From positions 97,774,001 through 97,838,000 of the forward strand of contig OZ038378.1 of assembly GCA_964036045.1 (NCBI GenBank): a stretch of 64,000 nt of DNA, written 5' to 3'. Positions 39,030 to 51,761 of the stretch are shown here, in pieces. Below the pieces are notes generated by a model that was given only the letters and a program-made list of their open reading frames with translations, did not search any database and was not told the DNA's origin. This DNA is from Eutreptiella sp. 'Long Island Sound 2002'. Its lineage: Eukaryota > Protista > Euglenida. The translations under genes and the position numbers were made by a program. How positions within the stretch are numbered: position 1 is the first letter of the stretch; each line of letters begins with the position of its first letter.

Positions 39030-39138
39030 AACGGCAACTCTAATTATTGCTCTTGTTACTGTAGCACCGGCGCATGTGTGCACAAGTCTGCTACGAAAGG
39101 GAATTGTCTACTTTGGGGGCATGGTTGGGGTGTGTGTA
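39030..39138 (+). pseudogene. SWIM zinc-finger remnant that continues at 33701-33581 (minus) across the inversion
   Basis: NSNYCSCYCSTGACVHKSAT is CxCx(n)CxH. Un-inverting gives WGVC|KRDLPLRVNGFEKLRAMRKW in one frame. Confidence 0.5.
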
Positions 39139-39328
39139 GTGGGATTGCGCGCTGCAAGCCACATATGGGACGCAGCATGTACACCAAGATCTTATCTAGG
39201 GAAAAGGCCCATAGTTTTGATCTGCCTGGTCCAACACCATGTTCCAGATTGTGCCACGGTCTACACACAGCAGGGGTCCAGATTTGAGGTTCTCCGGTGA
39301 CGGCATGTTGTTGAGCTGTGCATACCAG
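39137..39328 (-). mobile_element. 5' stub of the piggyBac-like transposase, cut at an inversion breakpoint
   Basis: Reverse complement of ~36228-36416, ending at cccacTA. Confidence 0.8.
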
Positions 39329-40820
39329 GAAGGGGGTGCTTAGCTGTTGGACTAGGTTAGCTGTACAGCATACAGAATGCGTGGGACACTAAAAAATTCC
39401 AAAAGCCCTCAACAAAGATAGCACCCATATCGCTGTACACGCGCAAAATGACTTGACGCCTAACGCCCGAAACACAATGGGAGCCAACGTGCGTAACACG
39501 CAGAGCACGAAGAACGCGGGGACACCACATCTTGCTTGCAACAAGTTGAATGTGACAGTCCGGACAGGGGTGGGGAGGGGGGTAGAAAAAAAATCCTGGT
39601 ACCGGCGTACAGCTTTTTTTGGGGGGGGTACCCCCGGAGGAGGAGGGGGGTAAAAAAACAAATTGGCGCGAGAATTTTTTCCCGACCCCTAAACCTGAAA
39701 TTTTCTTAAGTCTACCCCCCGTGTTTGGCTTTGGAAGGTGCAATGAGGTTCAAGGGTGGGGTCAGAGGGTTAACAACTTCTTGGGCAAAGGGCTGCAGGT
39801 GCGGCAACTTGTGGGAGGGGGTGGTATCCTCACGGGGGGTGGGGGTTGCTTGTGGGCTAGGGATGGCCAAAACCGCTGCCCTGTCCCCGACGTCTGGCTC
39901 CCTGTGGGCGTCCAGAAAATTGGCATAAAGATACCGTCTCACATTCCGCAGGGCAATCAGTTGGCCTCTGCACGGGGGTTTGAAAAGGAGGGGGGTGACC
40001 TCAAGGTCCCCAAGGGGTCGGATGAGGTAGATGTGGGGGGAGGCGCCAACATCCACCAAGCGGGTGGCCACAATGGGTACATGTTGGGGGTCATAGTTGA
40101 CGGTGCCTTCGTTGGGGCATGGATATTTCAGCCAATATGGGTGGTGTTTGTGTTTAAGGGCACAAAGACCCCCGGTCTGTTTCGGCTGTAGTGCAGCGCC
40201 CCACCCGGCCCTCTTATCGGCAGGATAGAGTCCCCAGATAAGGCAATACACCCTATCTGGGGCGAGAAACAAAAGCAGCAGCATTGAAGGACAATGGTGA
40301 TTGATGTCCATTTTGGCCGTTCTGCAAGTTGCCCAAGCCTACAGTGGACCCCACAATGTCATGTCCCCATTGCCTTCTCGCATGCTGGTCGATGATCGCT
40401 ACGCCACAATGGCTTGACAACAAAGATTGGTTCTCAATGAGGCTACGGTGTGTGTGTTGGTGTGTTCGTACGTCTTCGTATGTGTGTGAATGGTGCAAAT
40501 TCCGGCCTTACGCCGTTCTTGCGCGCACATGGCAAAATTTTCTTTTCTCCTATGGTTTTATCTGACTACAAAAAATGTATAGTGAAACGCGTGTTTATCA
40601 CTGCACCGCATGCACATCATTCGTCGTGACCCCCCCAACCGTAGCCCCATGTCCTACCAACCTTCATTGGCTTGCCAACATTTCGTCCGATTGCGGTTCT
40701 CCACAACCATGCAAGCAACAAAGCGTGGATTGCGAGTCCCTAACCCCAACTCAAAGGGCGCAACAATACTGACCAATATGGGGTTCTGAACCACAAAAAC
40801 GAACAAAGGAGGACTCCTGG

Positions 40821-42044
40821 GAGAACTCCTGGTAGCGTGCTACCACAGGAGGGAGAGGGCTCCATCTCCGGTCTTTGGGCACCTCCTCCCCATAGTACCA
40901 CAGGGGGGGGGTTTTCCCCACCTTTGGGTTCTTGTACACGGAAAGTTCATAGTTCTTGCCGGCTACAAGTGCCCGCGCCACGGCGCCCTCCTGGGTAAGG
41001 GCGGCCGCCCTTGGTAGGCCGGCATCTCGCTTACCACGCTTTGAGAGCATGAGAAACATCCGGCTTTGGGCCGCGAATTGCTCGGCAAGCCCATGACTTC
41101 AGAACAAGTTGCCCGCACAAGGGACCATGGATAAGGGATTATCTTCCCCCATAGGCGCATGAGTACCGTAGCGTAATACTTGGCGAAACAACACCCAAAG
41201 CGGCGGAGCTTGCTGGGAATCCCGGTGTAGAGGTAGTCGTCGAAGACGCAACCCACCATTGTCCGCATGGATGTATAGTTTGATGCCCGTAGAATGCGGC
41301 TTACGGGCAATGTATTATCGCAGCCCCAAGCACCGGCCATCCGTGTGGAGGACGACAACCTTGTCCCCACAAACCATCGCACCAATTTTCCCATGAAGCT
41401 CTCCATGTGGCGTTGTACTCCTCAACCAAATCCGTCACATCGGTCCAAGATAACCCTTGTAGACGGTAGTAGATTTCCCGGGTTAGTAGTGACGCCATAT
41501 ACTTGGTGTATGCAAGGTGGCTCTTGTCCCATTTGCCGTCTACCTGCATGGGACGTACCATTCCCAAGCACATAACGAAATTATTGTACTTGCACAGTGG
41601 GATGCAGGTGCTAGTGCTGTAGCACACGTACAACACATGGCACATGCTGTACGTGTGTACAGTGTTGACTCGAACGTGGGGCCTAGAGACACGATCCGTG
41701 TGTCGAATGCGTCCCACATGGATGTGAATGGCACGGGTCAACGTAACACCAAATTGATTGCATCCTACAGCCATTCGATCCGTAGAGAGGGCGCGCACGT
41801 CGCGCACAATATACTTTTCCACCCATGGGAGCAGGGTTCGATGGTTGGTTTCTAGTGGGATTGCGCGCTGCAAGCCACATATGGGACGCAGCATGTACAC
41901 CAAGATCTTATCTAGGGAAAAGGCCCATAGTTTTGATCTGCCTGGTCCAACACCATGTTCCAGATTGTGCCACAGTCTACACACAGCAGGGGTCCAGATC
42001 TGAGGTTCTCCGGTGACGGCATGTTGTTGAGCTGTGCATACCAA
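40821..42044 (-). mobile_element. 3'-truncated copy of the piggyBac-like transposase
   Basis: Reverse complement of ~36228-37448. Includes the 247-aa ORF at 41301-42044. Confidence 0.85.
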
Positions 42045-43914
42045 GAAGGGGGTGCTTAGCAGTTGGACTAGGTTGGCTGTACAGCATACAGAATGCGTGG
42101 GACACTAAAAAATTCCAAAAGCCCTCAACAAAGATAGCACCCATATCGCTCTACACGCGCAAAATGACTTGACGCCTAACGCCCGAGACACAATGGGAGC
42201 CAACGTGCGTAACACGCAAAGCACGAAGAACGCGGGGACACCACATCTTGCTTGCAACAAGTTGAATGTGACAGTCCGGACAGGGGTGGGGGGAGGCAGG
42301 GTAAAAAAATCTTGGTACCGGCGTACAGCTTTTTTTTGGGGGGTACCCCCGGAGGAGGAGGGGGGTAGGAAAAAAAATTGGCGCGAGAATTTTTTCCCGA
42401 CCCCTAAACCTGAAATTTTCTTAAGTCGACCCCCCATGTTTGGCTTTGGAAGGTGCAAGGAGGTTCAAAGGTGGGGTCAGAGGGTTAACAACTTCTTCGG
42501 CAAAGGGCTGCAGGTGCGGCAACTTGTGGGAGGGGGTGGTATCCTCACGGGGGGTGGGGGTTGCTTGTGGGCTAGGGATGGCCAAAACCGCTGCCCTGTC
42601 CCCGACGTCTGGCTCCCTGTGGGCGCCCAGAAAATTGGCATAAAGATACCGTCTCACACTCCGCAGGGCAATCAGTTGGCCTCTGCACGGGGGTTTGAAA
42701 AGGAGGGGGGTGACCTCAAGGTCCCCAAGGGGTCGGATGAGGTAGATGTGGGGGGAGGCGCCAACATCCACCAAGCGGGTGGCCACAATGGGTACATGTT
42801 GGGGGTCATAGTTGACGGTGCCTTCGTTGGGGCATGGATATTTCAGCCAATATGGGTGGTGTTTGTGTTTAAGGGCACAAAGACCCCCGGTCTGTTTCGG
42901 CTGTAGTGCAGCGCCCCACCCGGCCCTCTTATCGGCAGGATAGAGTCCCCAGATAAGGCAATACACCCTATCTGGGGCGAGAAACAAAAGCAGCAGCATG
43001 GAAGGACAACGGTGATTGATGTCCATTCTGGCCGTTCTGCAAGTTGCCCAAGCCTACAGTGGACCCCACAATGTCATGTCCCCATTGCCTTCTCGCATGC
43101 TGGTCGATGATCGCTACGCCACAATGGCTTGACAACAAAGATTGGTTCTCAATGAGGCTACGGTGTGTGTGTTGGTGTGTTCGTACGTCTTCGTATGTGT
43201 GTGAATGGTGCAAATTCCGGCCTTACGCCGTTCTTGCGCGCACATGGCAAAATTTTCTTTTCTCCTACGGTTTTATCTGACTACAAAAAATGTATAGTTA
43301 AACGCGTGTTTATCACTGCACCGCATGCACATCATTCGTCGTGACCCCCCCAACCGTAGCCCCATGTCCTACCAACCTTCATTGGCTGGCCAACATTTCG
43401 CCCGATTGCGGTTGTCCACAACCATGCAAGCAACAAAGCGTGGATTGCGAGTCCCTAACCCCAACTCAAAGGGCGCAACAATACTGACCAATATGGGGTT
43501 CTGAAACACACAAACGAACAAGTGGAACACCCCGCTTTTCACATTGTGTACCGCTATTCCACTGCCGGGTTGCCACACGGCCACCAAACGTTTGCGGTGA
43601 CGCGGTTCCACGCTTCGCCCACACTCATTGCTGAGTGGGGCACCGCTAGCGTAGCAATGGTCATGTAAACGAAGTTCTCCGAAGGGAAGGGAAGTGCTAG
43701 CCGGACCCAAATGAGGCACGTGGATGGCAGCTGTTCCAGGCATTGTTTTTCCACACCCACAGCGCACCATCACCGTCACTGCATGCGTTCACACAGCACA
43801 CGCCACAGTGGTGGAGGCGCCGACATAATTCATGGCAATTGCAGCCTAATATCTTATGGCCCGTGTGGGCCCACTTTTTCGACAATGGCTGCCACTGAGG
43901 CATCGGGACTCAGG

Positions 43915-44190
43915 GCGGGGAGGGGGGGGGTGGAAAAAAATTCACGCGAAATTTTTTTGTACCCCCCCCCCTCCGGGGGTACCCCCGAAAAAAGAGGTGG
44001 CACCCCATGTAAGAAACTTTTTTCGCCAAGAAGAATTTTTCTACTGGGTGCTACTTGAACTTGCATGCCACCTTCACTTTGCCACATTGTAGGACATTTG
44101 CACATGAACTACTTGTGGGATAAAAGTAAGTGCGTTTTTTTTTGCATGGCGCCATTGGTTTCTCCCCATTAGCGGGGCACACTTGTTAAA
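43915..44190 (-). repeat. Inverted copy of 26610-26880
   Basis: Reverse complement similarity across the block. Confidence 0.85.
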
Positions 44191-44599
44191 TGCAATCGCC
44201 AGCCCGCGGACAAGGGGCCCCTGGCGCGGGGCGCTGCCACCCACATTGAGCATTGTGTCCGATCCATCTACTCTCCAAGCGGAGCTGCTAGCTACTCAAA
44301 GACGCTGTCCTTGTCCACATCCCCAACTCATTCATCATCACAATGAGGTTCAGCAGCTGTGCAGAATGCGCAGGACATGTAAGCAATCACCAGGGACGTA
44401 AGGAGAGGCAGCACGCAGAACGGGCAAAGTGCTTCGCACACGAGACATCGGCGCCGGGACCTCAATGAGAGATGACGCGGACAAGGCGTGAAACGAGCGG
44501 CAAATGTTCCGCACGCACCTGTGACCTAGATCGCCAGTAGCGTCCGCGGATTCATGTTTCTTCAGTTAGTCCCCGGCTGGGAAGCGGCAGGAGTTCCAA

Positions 44600-45826
44600 C
44601 AGTGGCATCAGCAACAACAGCACGAGTAGCAACAGTGCCAGCTCAAGCAGCAGCAGCGAGAGCAAGGACATTGCTCTCAAGAGCGCAGTGCATTACAAGG
44701 GGGCCTTGAGCGCGGCAAAGATGGAGGCGCCGAAGGAGGGGAAGGAGAAGGCGAAGCCCCATTTCCTAGTGAAGAACCATGGCCACCCACCAAGCAAGCG
44801 CCCCGCTGGCTAGACAAGGCGGGAGAAGTTCACAGGATCGGCACAATATCCGGGATCCATCGATATCCTCAAGAGCTTCTTCAGTAACGAGTACGCTTAC
44901 TTGCTTGGTACTTTCGTCCACCACTACAAGAAGTGCTGCGGGCACCTTAAGTCAGCAACTGCGGGTGAAGGCATGTGTGTGCACTACGTTCGCCGTGGTG
45001 TTCATGTCTCTCGTTGTGTCCCCACGGCTAGTCGGTCGTGTTCTCCGCGAAGAAACCGTTGCGCATGGCGTCTCTGTATGTGTGAAGTTCACAGGATCGG
45101 CACAATATGTGGGATCCATCAATATCCTCAAGAGCTTCTTCAGTAACGAGTACGCTTACTTGCTGGGTACTTTCGTCGACCATTACAAGAAGTGCTGCGG
45201 GCACCTTAAGTTAGCAACTGCGGGTGAAGGCATGTGCGTGCACTACTTTCGCCGTGGTGTGCATGTCTCTCATTGTGTCCCCACGGTTAGTCGGTCGTGT
45301 TCTGCGCGAAGAAATCCTTGCGCATGGCGTCACTGTATGTGAGCTTGAAGACCTTCGTGTCTTCCAACACGTATCTCGTGTCCTATGGTGCATCAAGATC
45401 TCAGCCTTGCCGCCACGATGCTCCGCCGCGCTGAGCCCCGTACGATCCAAGCCGTGCTGTCCTGAGGCACGAAGAATTGCATTTCGGTCATGAACGAGGG
45501 CAAAAAAGAATTTCCATATGATGTACCCAACCGGTGGGGCACACGGCACCGCCAAGATTATTCTTTGTCCAGTTGGCGATTGCGTCAGTGGGTGCGCGGC
45601 GACCGGGGAGTTGGAGACGAAGGACCCCAAGTCCAAACCCGAGGGTATCCCGCTGGCAAGCCTTTCTAGACGCGAAGCCTGGGGTGTACTCGGTATTGGG
45701 AGCGGGTGGCGGGGGCCGAGGTCGGAGATTTCGTACGTCTCAGCCTTGAACGTCAAGGATGTGTTGAGCATGAATCTAAACGAGTTGATCCGGACGTACA
45801 ACCGCCCGCAGGCTGCGTGCACCTGA
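44600..45826 (+). pseudogene. Decayed protein-coding sequence of unknown function with a 261-bp internal tandem duplication
   Basis: Long protein-like frames broken by stops. gaagttcacaggatcggcacaatat occurs at ~44824 and ~45085. Confidence 0.45.
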
Positions 45827-46971
45827 GGTGTGGAGGTACATGCTCGAGGCCGACCACGGCGTAACTGAGGAGGAGTGCTGCTCGTGGCTTGCTTGTTGCT
45901 TCCTTACTTGCTTGTTAGCTAGCTCCTCCTCTTTGATCAACGGATCTTGACCCTCTGGCGGGGGGGTTCCTAGAAGTGTGGCTGCAGCGGGTATTGTTGC
46001 GGCGGTGGGTGGGGTACCGCTGGGGCGGTCCCATTCGAGGGTCCCAGATCAGTCCTAGAAAACCGTGTGCGTCTTCATGCGGTAATCCCACAGCCCCGCC
46101 TCGCGGTCCCAAGCCTCATGCGGCTGCTGCTGCTGCTGCTACTCATGTGCGTACGGCGGATATTCCTCGTGCAGCGGGTACTGTGGCGGGGACTGCGGCG
46201 AGTATTGCGGCAGGTACTGCGGAGGATAGGGCGGCACTAGCGGCCGCTGCAAGGGCATAGCTTGTGACATAGAATACATAGTAGATGCGGTGAACACGGT
46301 TGTTGTCCCCGGAGCCAAAACGAGAGACAGTGCCTAGAACGTCTAGAACGCGCACAACAATTAAGGAGGGCGCCAGGGACAGTCGAAGAAACAACGTGTA
46401 TGACCTGCGTAGCACATAAAGCAGCACACCTTGTGGCGCTTGCATGCTTGAAACTCTTGGAAATTGAACCGCCGCACCAGCCTCCACGTCTTCTGCTTGG
46501 GCTGGTGCTCTCGGTTTCGGGCATCACTTCGTTGCGGCGCTCTACTCTACTCCTGTTATCCTAGAGCCTAGGTGCCAGCCTTGTGAAATCAAACTTTCGA
46601 GCCAAAAACTCACCGGTGGCGCCCACGGGCGGGGGCGCCAAGTCCGGAGGTGCCCGGCCAAAACTGGGCCTTTTGTGCCCCAAACCAGCCTTTCGTGGCC
46701 CAAAATTGCCGCGCAACCCGGGCAAAACAGACAAAGAGGGGAAACAGTGGCTACACGCCACGTGCGCCACAATATGTCTGTGAAACGTCCAAAAATGGCC
46801 AAAAATAACCCCAATGGAGGGCCGTTGGTGTTGAACTACCCCGAAACCAAGAACGGGCCGTATCTTGCCCTGCTTGCCTCGAAACCTGATGCGGAGGGCA
46901 CCTAGTCCACCCGCAACCCCCCACTTTTTGTGGTTTTCAAGCCTCACCATCGCCCAACGAACCGCCTAGAC

Positions 46972-46999
46972 CTTAGGAGGCCCATAGTGCCCCCTATCG
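46972..46999 (+). repeat. Left terminal inverted repeat
   Basis: One mismatch to the reverse complement of 58342-58369, with weaker A/T-tract similarity extending inward. Confidence 0.9.
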
Positions 47000-47873
47000 C
47001 TTTTTCAAAAAAAAATTCATGTCGTGCACAGAGCCTAGCCTCTCTGCTGCATAGCCAAGCGTAACGGGGGGGTGCTTCCCAGCGTGGGTGTATGGGGAGG
47101 AGGAACGACACGCAATTTAGGGGTGCGAAGCAGCCAAAAGGCACCATTTTGGGCACCCACAGCATGCAAGCGCAACCACTGCTTTTTCCAATTTTGGAGG
47201 TCTGAGATACCGAAAATGGACCAATCGCACCATAAAACTATGTTTCACAGTCTGATATCACAAATGGAGCACGTAGTTGGCAACGGCACGTGCTGCGGTT
47301 CTTCTAGCACCCGTGGTATTGTAACGGCAATCATGACCTTACATGCACTGAGTGTGAAGAAGGTGTCCCCTATCACAACAGAGGCACAGCACCTGTACAA
47401 AAGGAGGGTGCAAGGCAGCATTTCTGAAAGGCTGGGCTCTGCGGAGCCCACAAACATGAAATTCACCAAAAACAGGGGAAACAGTACAGGGTTGTACACC
47501 AACACAACAATGTACCGGCAAACAGGTAGTAACAGGGCGGTAAATAGGGAATTCCTACTGGCTGGGCTCTGCAGAGCCCAGCTCAATACAAACACCACAA
47601 AGCACCCATGAATTACGCTATTGATAAACAAGCCAGACCACCAGTGTAGTAATGGCTACAATAGGCATCGGACTATACCCCCCCCCCCCCGCCCTCCCCC
47701 CCCCCAGGGGAAAAATATCCCGGTCCAATAAGCGATAGACCACTAGAGCACCGGTCATACACAAGGCATGGAAGCTGTACACACTAGTTGACGAGTCTAA
47801 GGCACGAACACACACAAAACAAGGCACAGAAGTTGTAAAAACCGTTATGTGCGCTGTGGGAGGTCCGCCAGAG

Positions 47874-48370
47874 CAACAAAATTGGATGCTGTATTGACTG
47901 CAGACTGATGTGTCCCCGGATGTGGTTCACAAGCACCAACTAACACCTGGCCACACAAAGACTGGTACCCCTTCTAAATTCCGAGCAAATGTTGAACTAT
48001 CGATAAATGGTTCACACCAACAAAAACCAGCCACAAATCGCATCAAAAAATTAAGCATCGCACAGTCGACAGTGTCAGGCCACTGTCCAACATACGCACT
48101 GTCAACCGCTGCAGAAATGGCCAGAACAACAAAATTGGATGCTGTATTGACTGCAGACTGATGTGTCCCCAGATGTGGTTCACAAGCACCCACTAACACC
48201 TGGCCACACAAAGACTGTTCCCCCTTCTAAATTCCGAGCAAATGTTGAACTATCGATAAATGGTTCACACCAACAAAAATCAGCCACAAATCGCATCAAA
48301 AAATTAAGCATCGCACAGTCGACAGTGTCAGGCCACTGTCCAACATACGCACTGTCAACCGCTGCAGAAA
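47874..48370 (+). repeat. ~250-bp tandem duplication inside the transposon
   Basis: acaacaaaattggatgctgtattgactgcagactgatgtgtcccc occurs at ~47874 and ~48125. Confidence 0.9.
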
Positions 48371-49180
48371 TGAAAAGACACAGGCCCAACAGATCAATGC
48401 AATTGAGCATAGATGACAGCGAGGAATAAAATGTGGCTCAGCGATAAAAAGCAAACCTGTGCCCAAACTACTGACTTGAAATTGGACTAAGGGCATACCT
48501 GGTAAACTCGAAATGACAGACACGTTCAGCTGAGCTCTGCAGGGCCCAGGAACGGGCAACAGATAATGTCAGGACCAAATCAGGGTTACAAAGGGCATCT
48601 GGACTTTGCAGTGCATGGACTGGTGAAAAAATAGCAAGAATTAAAGGATCTGGGGGTCATAGACACAAACCTGGCACCGTATGTGGACCACAATTGTGAG
48701 AAAACTCGACAGTTGGCACACTGTGTCAACGAGGTACGTACCAAAAGAAATGCCAGAGCACAATGTTGTGCTTATACAACCAAATTCACACAGGGACAAT
48801 ACTGCACTGTTGAGATGAAAGCAGCACTGCGTACCACCAGGAGGCATGCAAATTGGCCCGAAACAGCATTCTGGGCTCTGCAGAGCCCATCAGTACAAAA
48901 TTCTTCATATTCGGGGGCAAATCAAGCAAATCTGGCAAGCTGGGCTTTGCAGAGCCCAGCTCAATGCAAATTAAAAAATGAGCGCCAAATTCAGCCACAA
49001 ACACGTACAGCGTCAAACAGGCACATCACTCACTGTCCCACAACCATTTGGGACTGCACAGGACAGGCCCAGTCCCATCAGGCGCTCAGAAAACCAGCAC
49101 AGTAACACGGTTGCGTCTGTGGTTGTATGTCCAGTACGGTCCAGCGACAGTCATGATCCAGCGGTATGTGGGGCCTCCAG

Positions 49181-50529
49181 TCACTTGCCGTTGCTCTTGC
49201 CGTTGCTCTTGGACAAGCCAACCCGGACACCACGTTGCAGGGTGGCCTGCAGGCCCTCCGCTGCCCTGTTTTTCTGCGATGGGGACGCCCCAGCGGCTGC
49301 CGTTGCCAACTTATCCTCCTCTTCTTTCCTCTTGCGATTTGCTCGTTCGTCCTCTTTTGCCTTTTTCTCCTTCTCCTTCTCCTCCTTTTTACGTTGCTTC
49401 TCCCGTGCCTCCTCTTGCTTCCGCAACTCGCGCTCAGCCTTCCCATGCTCTTTTTGCCGCTGCTTTTCGGTGTTTCTCCCCTTTGGCTTGGGAGTTTGCG
49501 GATCCGGCACCTCCTCGACTTCTGACTCACTCGTGTCCGCGTCTGCTGCCTGATCAGGGGACTCTTGCTGGAACAGCGGCTGCCCGGTGCTTGCCCAGTG
49601 CGTGACACTCCGCCACTCAACATCCTCCTCCGTGTCCCCTTTCCGGACGATCGTCTTCAGCAGGTTCACCACATCAGCTGCATTGTAGGGACCATCAGAT
49701 AGTACACCCCATGCACAATTCAACGGGACAGGAAAGTGAATACAGCCCAAACTGATCAGGTCGGGGCGGCGGCCATAGTACAGTGCCCACAGGCGGCGCG
49801 ATGCATCACCATCCATGTGCGTGTCGTCAGAGTCGTCGTTGGGGTCCTCCAGCAAATTCACCAACCACCACAAAATAGCCAGACCCAGCCACAGACCTTC
49901 AGTGAACGACTTTTGTGTGAGGAAGTGCGGCACTGCAGGGCCCAGCCCATGGGTCTTCACAAGGAACAAGGTTGACTGCTCAAACAAATCTGGCTCTTCT
50001 CGGCGCCCCAGGTGGTACAGAGCCATGCGCAAAGCCGTTGGGTACAAATCTTCCAATTGCGAGCGCAAGTGTTGTTCCACAGCGACCAAATCCCCATGGT
50101 GTCCATGAAAGGCGCCAAGTACCCCTTGAGACAGCACACGCACGATCTGCGCACCAGGGATCCACCCTCCAAGCCGCGGGACTTCAACAATGACGACATT
50201 GTACTTCAGCATTTTGATCTCATTTGGCACTGCGGTCACCGATCCATCGTACGCCCAAATTTCTCCAGATTCTGACCCCTTGCCAACATTGACCTTTGCC
50301 ACCTCGCCACCAGACACCTCAACAGCTGGGTGCAACACTAGTCTCACAAGCAGTCTGCGATGGGCTTCGACATCTTCTCGATCGCTGACCCATAGACCTG
50401 CCTTCAACGGCGCCTCGAGCGGTGGCCAGGGCGTGCTCTCGCTGTACTCCCAGCTCCCTTGCCATGCACCGAAATTCGCCAGACGGTGACTAAACTTCTT
50501 TGAGATGCGAGCCACTTCAGTCTTTGTGC
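49181..50529 (-). CDS. Cargo gene, last exon (~449 aa: unknown globular region plus acidic and K/E/R-rich tail)
   Basis: Uninterrupted ORF. A strong polypyrimidine acceptor (cttccctcctgccctcctctatggctcctgtacacacag|GC) is phase-compatible with the donor at 51761. Confidence 0.7.
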
Positions 50530-51761
50530 CTGTGTGTACAGGAGCCATAGAGGAGGGCAGGAGGGAAGCGATCCACCAAGTCACAGCGATCTGGCAAAGC
50601 GTAAATTTGCATTTTGTTGGATCCTGGGCTCTGCAGAGGCCAGTAATGTCAAATTGGTAACATGAAGGCCAAAATTGGTCACTGTGGTTCATCTTGGCAC
50701 TGCATTGCCCAGCATGACTAAATTGGCAACTTAAGGGGGTGGCGTGGGGGGGGGGGGGTCGTGGGACATCAATAGGCCAGGCCGGAGTGGTCAACAGGTC
50801 CAGCGTCCAGGAAGCTTCAACAGGTCTAGCGTCTCTGTACATGCAGTCAATTGGCATCCCAGGGGATCCTGGGCTCTGCAGAGCCCAGAACTCTCTAAAT
50901 GGTAATATGGCGTCTGAAATTTGGTCAACTCCCTCGATCTGGGCTCTGCAGAGCCTAGCATGACGAAAACGGTGATACAGGGGGTGTCCCGGGGGGGGGG
51001 GGGGGGGCTTGGACATCATTAGGCAACAGTGCACCGGTAATCGGGAGTGAAGTTGCGGAAGTTCGGACAATCCAACAGATCCAGTGTCTCTGTACATGCA
51101 GTCAATTGGCATCCCAGGGGATCCTGGGCTCTGCACAGCCCAGAACTGTCCAGATGGTAATATGGCGTCTGAAATTGGTCACCTCCCTTCATCTGGGCTC
51201 TGCAGAGACTAGCATGACCAAATTGGTGATTTAGGGGGTGTTCCGGGGGGGGGGGGGGTTGGGCATCATTAGGCAAGAGTGCACCGGTCATCAAGACTGA
51301 AGTGGCGGAAGTTCGGACAATCCAACAGATCAAGCGTCCCTGTACATGCAGTCAATTGGCATCCCAGAGGATCCTGGGCTCTGCAGAGCCCAGAACTCTC
51401 CAAATGGTAATATGGCGTCTGAAATTGGTCAACTCCCTCCATCTGGGCTCTGCAGAGCCTAGCATCACCAAAATGGTAAATTAGGGGTTGTCCCGGGGGG
51501 GGGGGGGGGGCTTGGACATCATTAGGCAAGAGTGCACCGGTCATCATGAGTGAAGTTGCGGAAGTTCGAACAATCCAACAGATCCAGCGTCTCTTTGCAA
51601 GCTTGCATGCAGTCAATTGGCAACCCACGGGATCCTGGGCTCTGCAGAGCCCAACAGACCCAAACAGTCACACTGAAATTGGTCATTACACTTCATCCAA
51701 GCTCGCCGTCGCAACGGCCCAATCACAACAAAAGGCAGGGGCTTACAAAGCAATAGCATAC
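50530..51761 (-). other. Predicted 1232-nt intron built from ~250-bp palindrome-doublet units with poly-G/C runs
   Basis: C|GTATGC donor and CAG acceptor, both phase 1. Unit periods are 245-261 bp. Confidence 0.6.

Larger units (their letters stand above)
33700..43521. repeat. Three-copy ~2.71-kb tandem array split by a 5.44-kb inversion (33700-39138)
   Basis: Units read B-C-D-E-F-transposase on the minus strand from 43521 and 40806, and on the plus strand from 34749. Both inversion junctions fall on the same TA in the transposase. Confidence 0.85.

Noticed and set aside
26610-44190. 26610-26880 and 43915-44190 as TIRs of a 17.6-kb element
   Set aside because: The outer ends do not coincide, there is no TSD, and the same module is dispersed elsewhere in the window.
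50550-51136. N-terminal ~195 aa of the 651-aa ORF
   Set aside because: It is translated from the palindrome repeat array (WALQSP repeats) and lies in the predicted intron.
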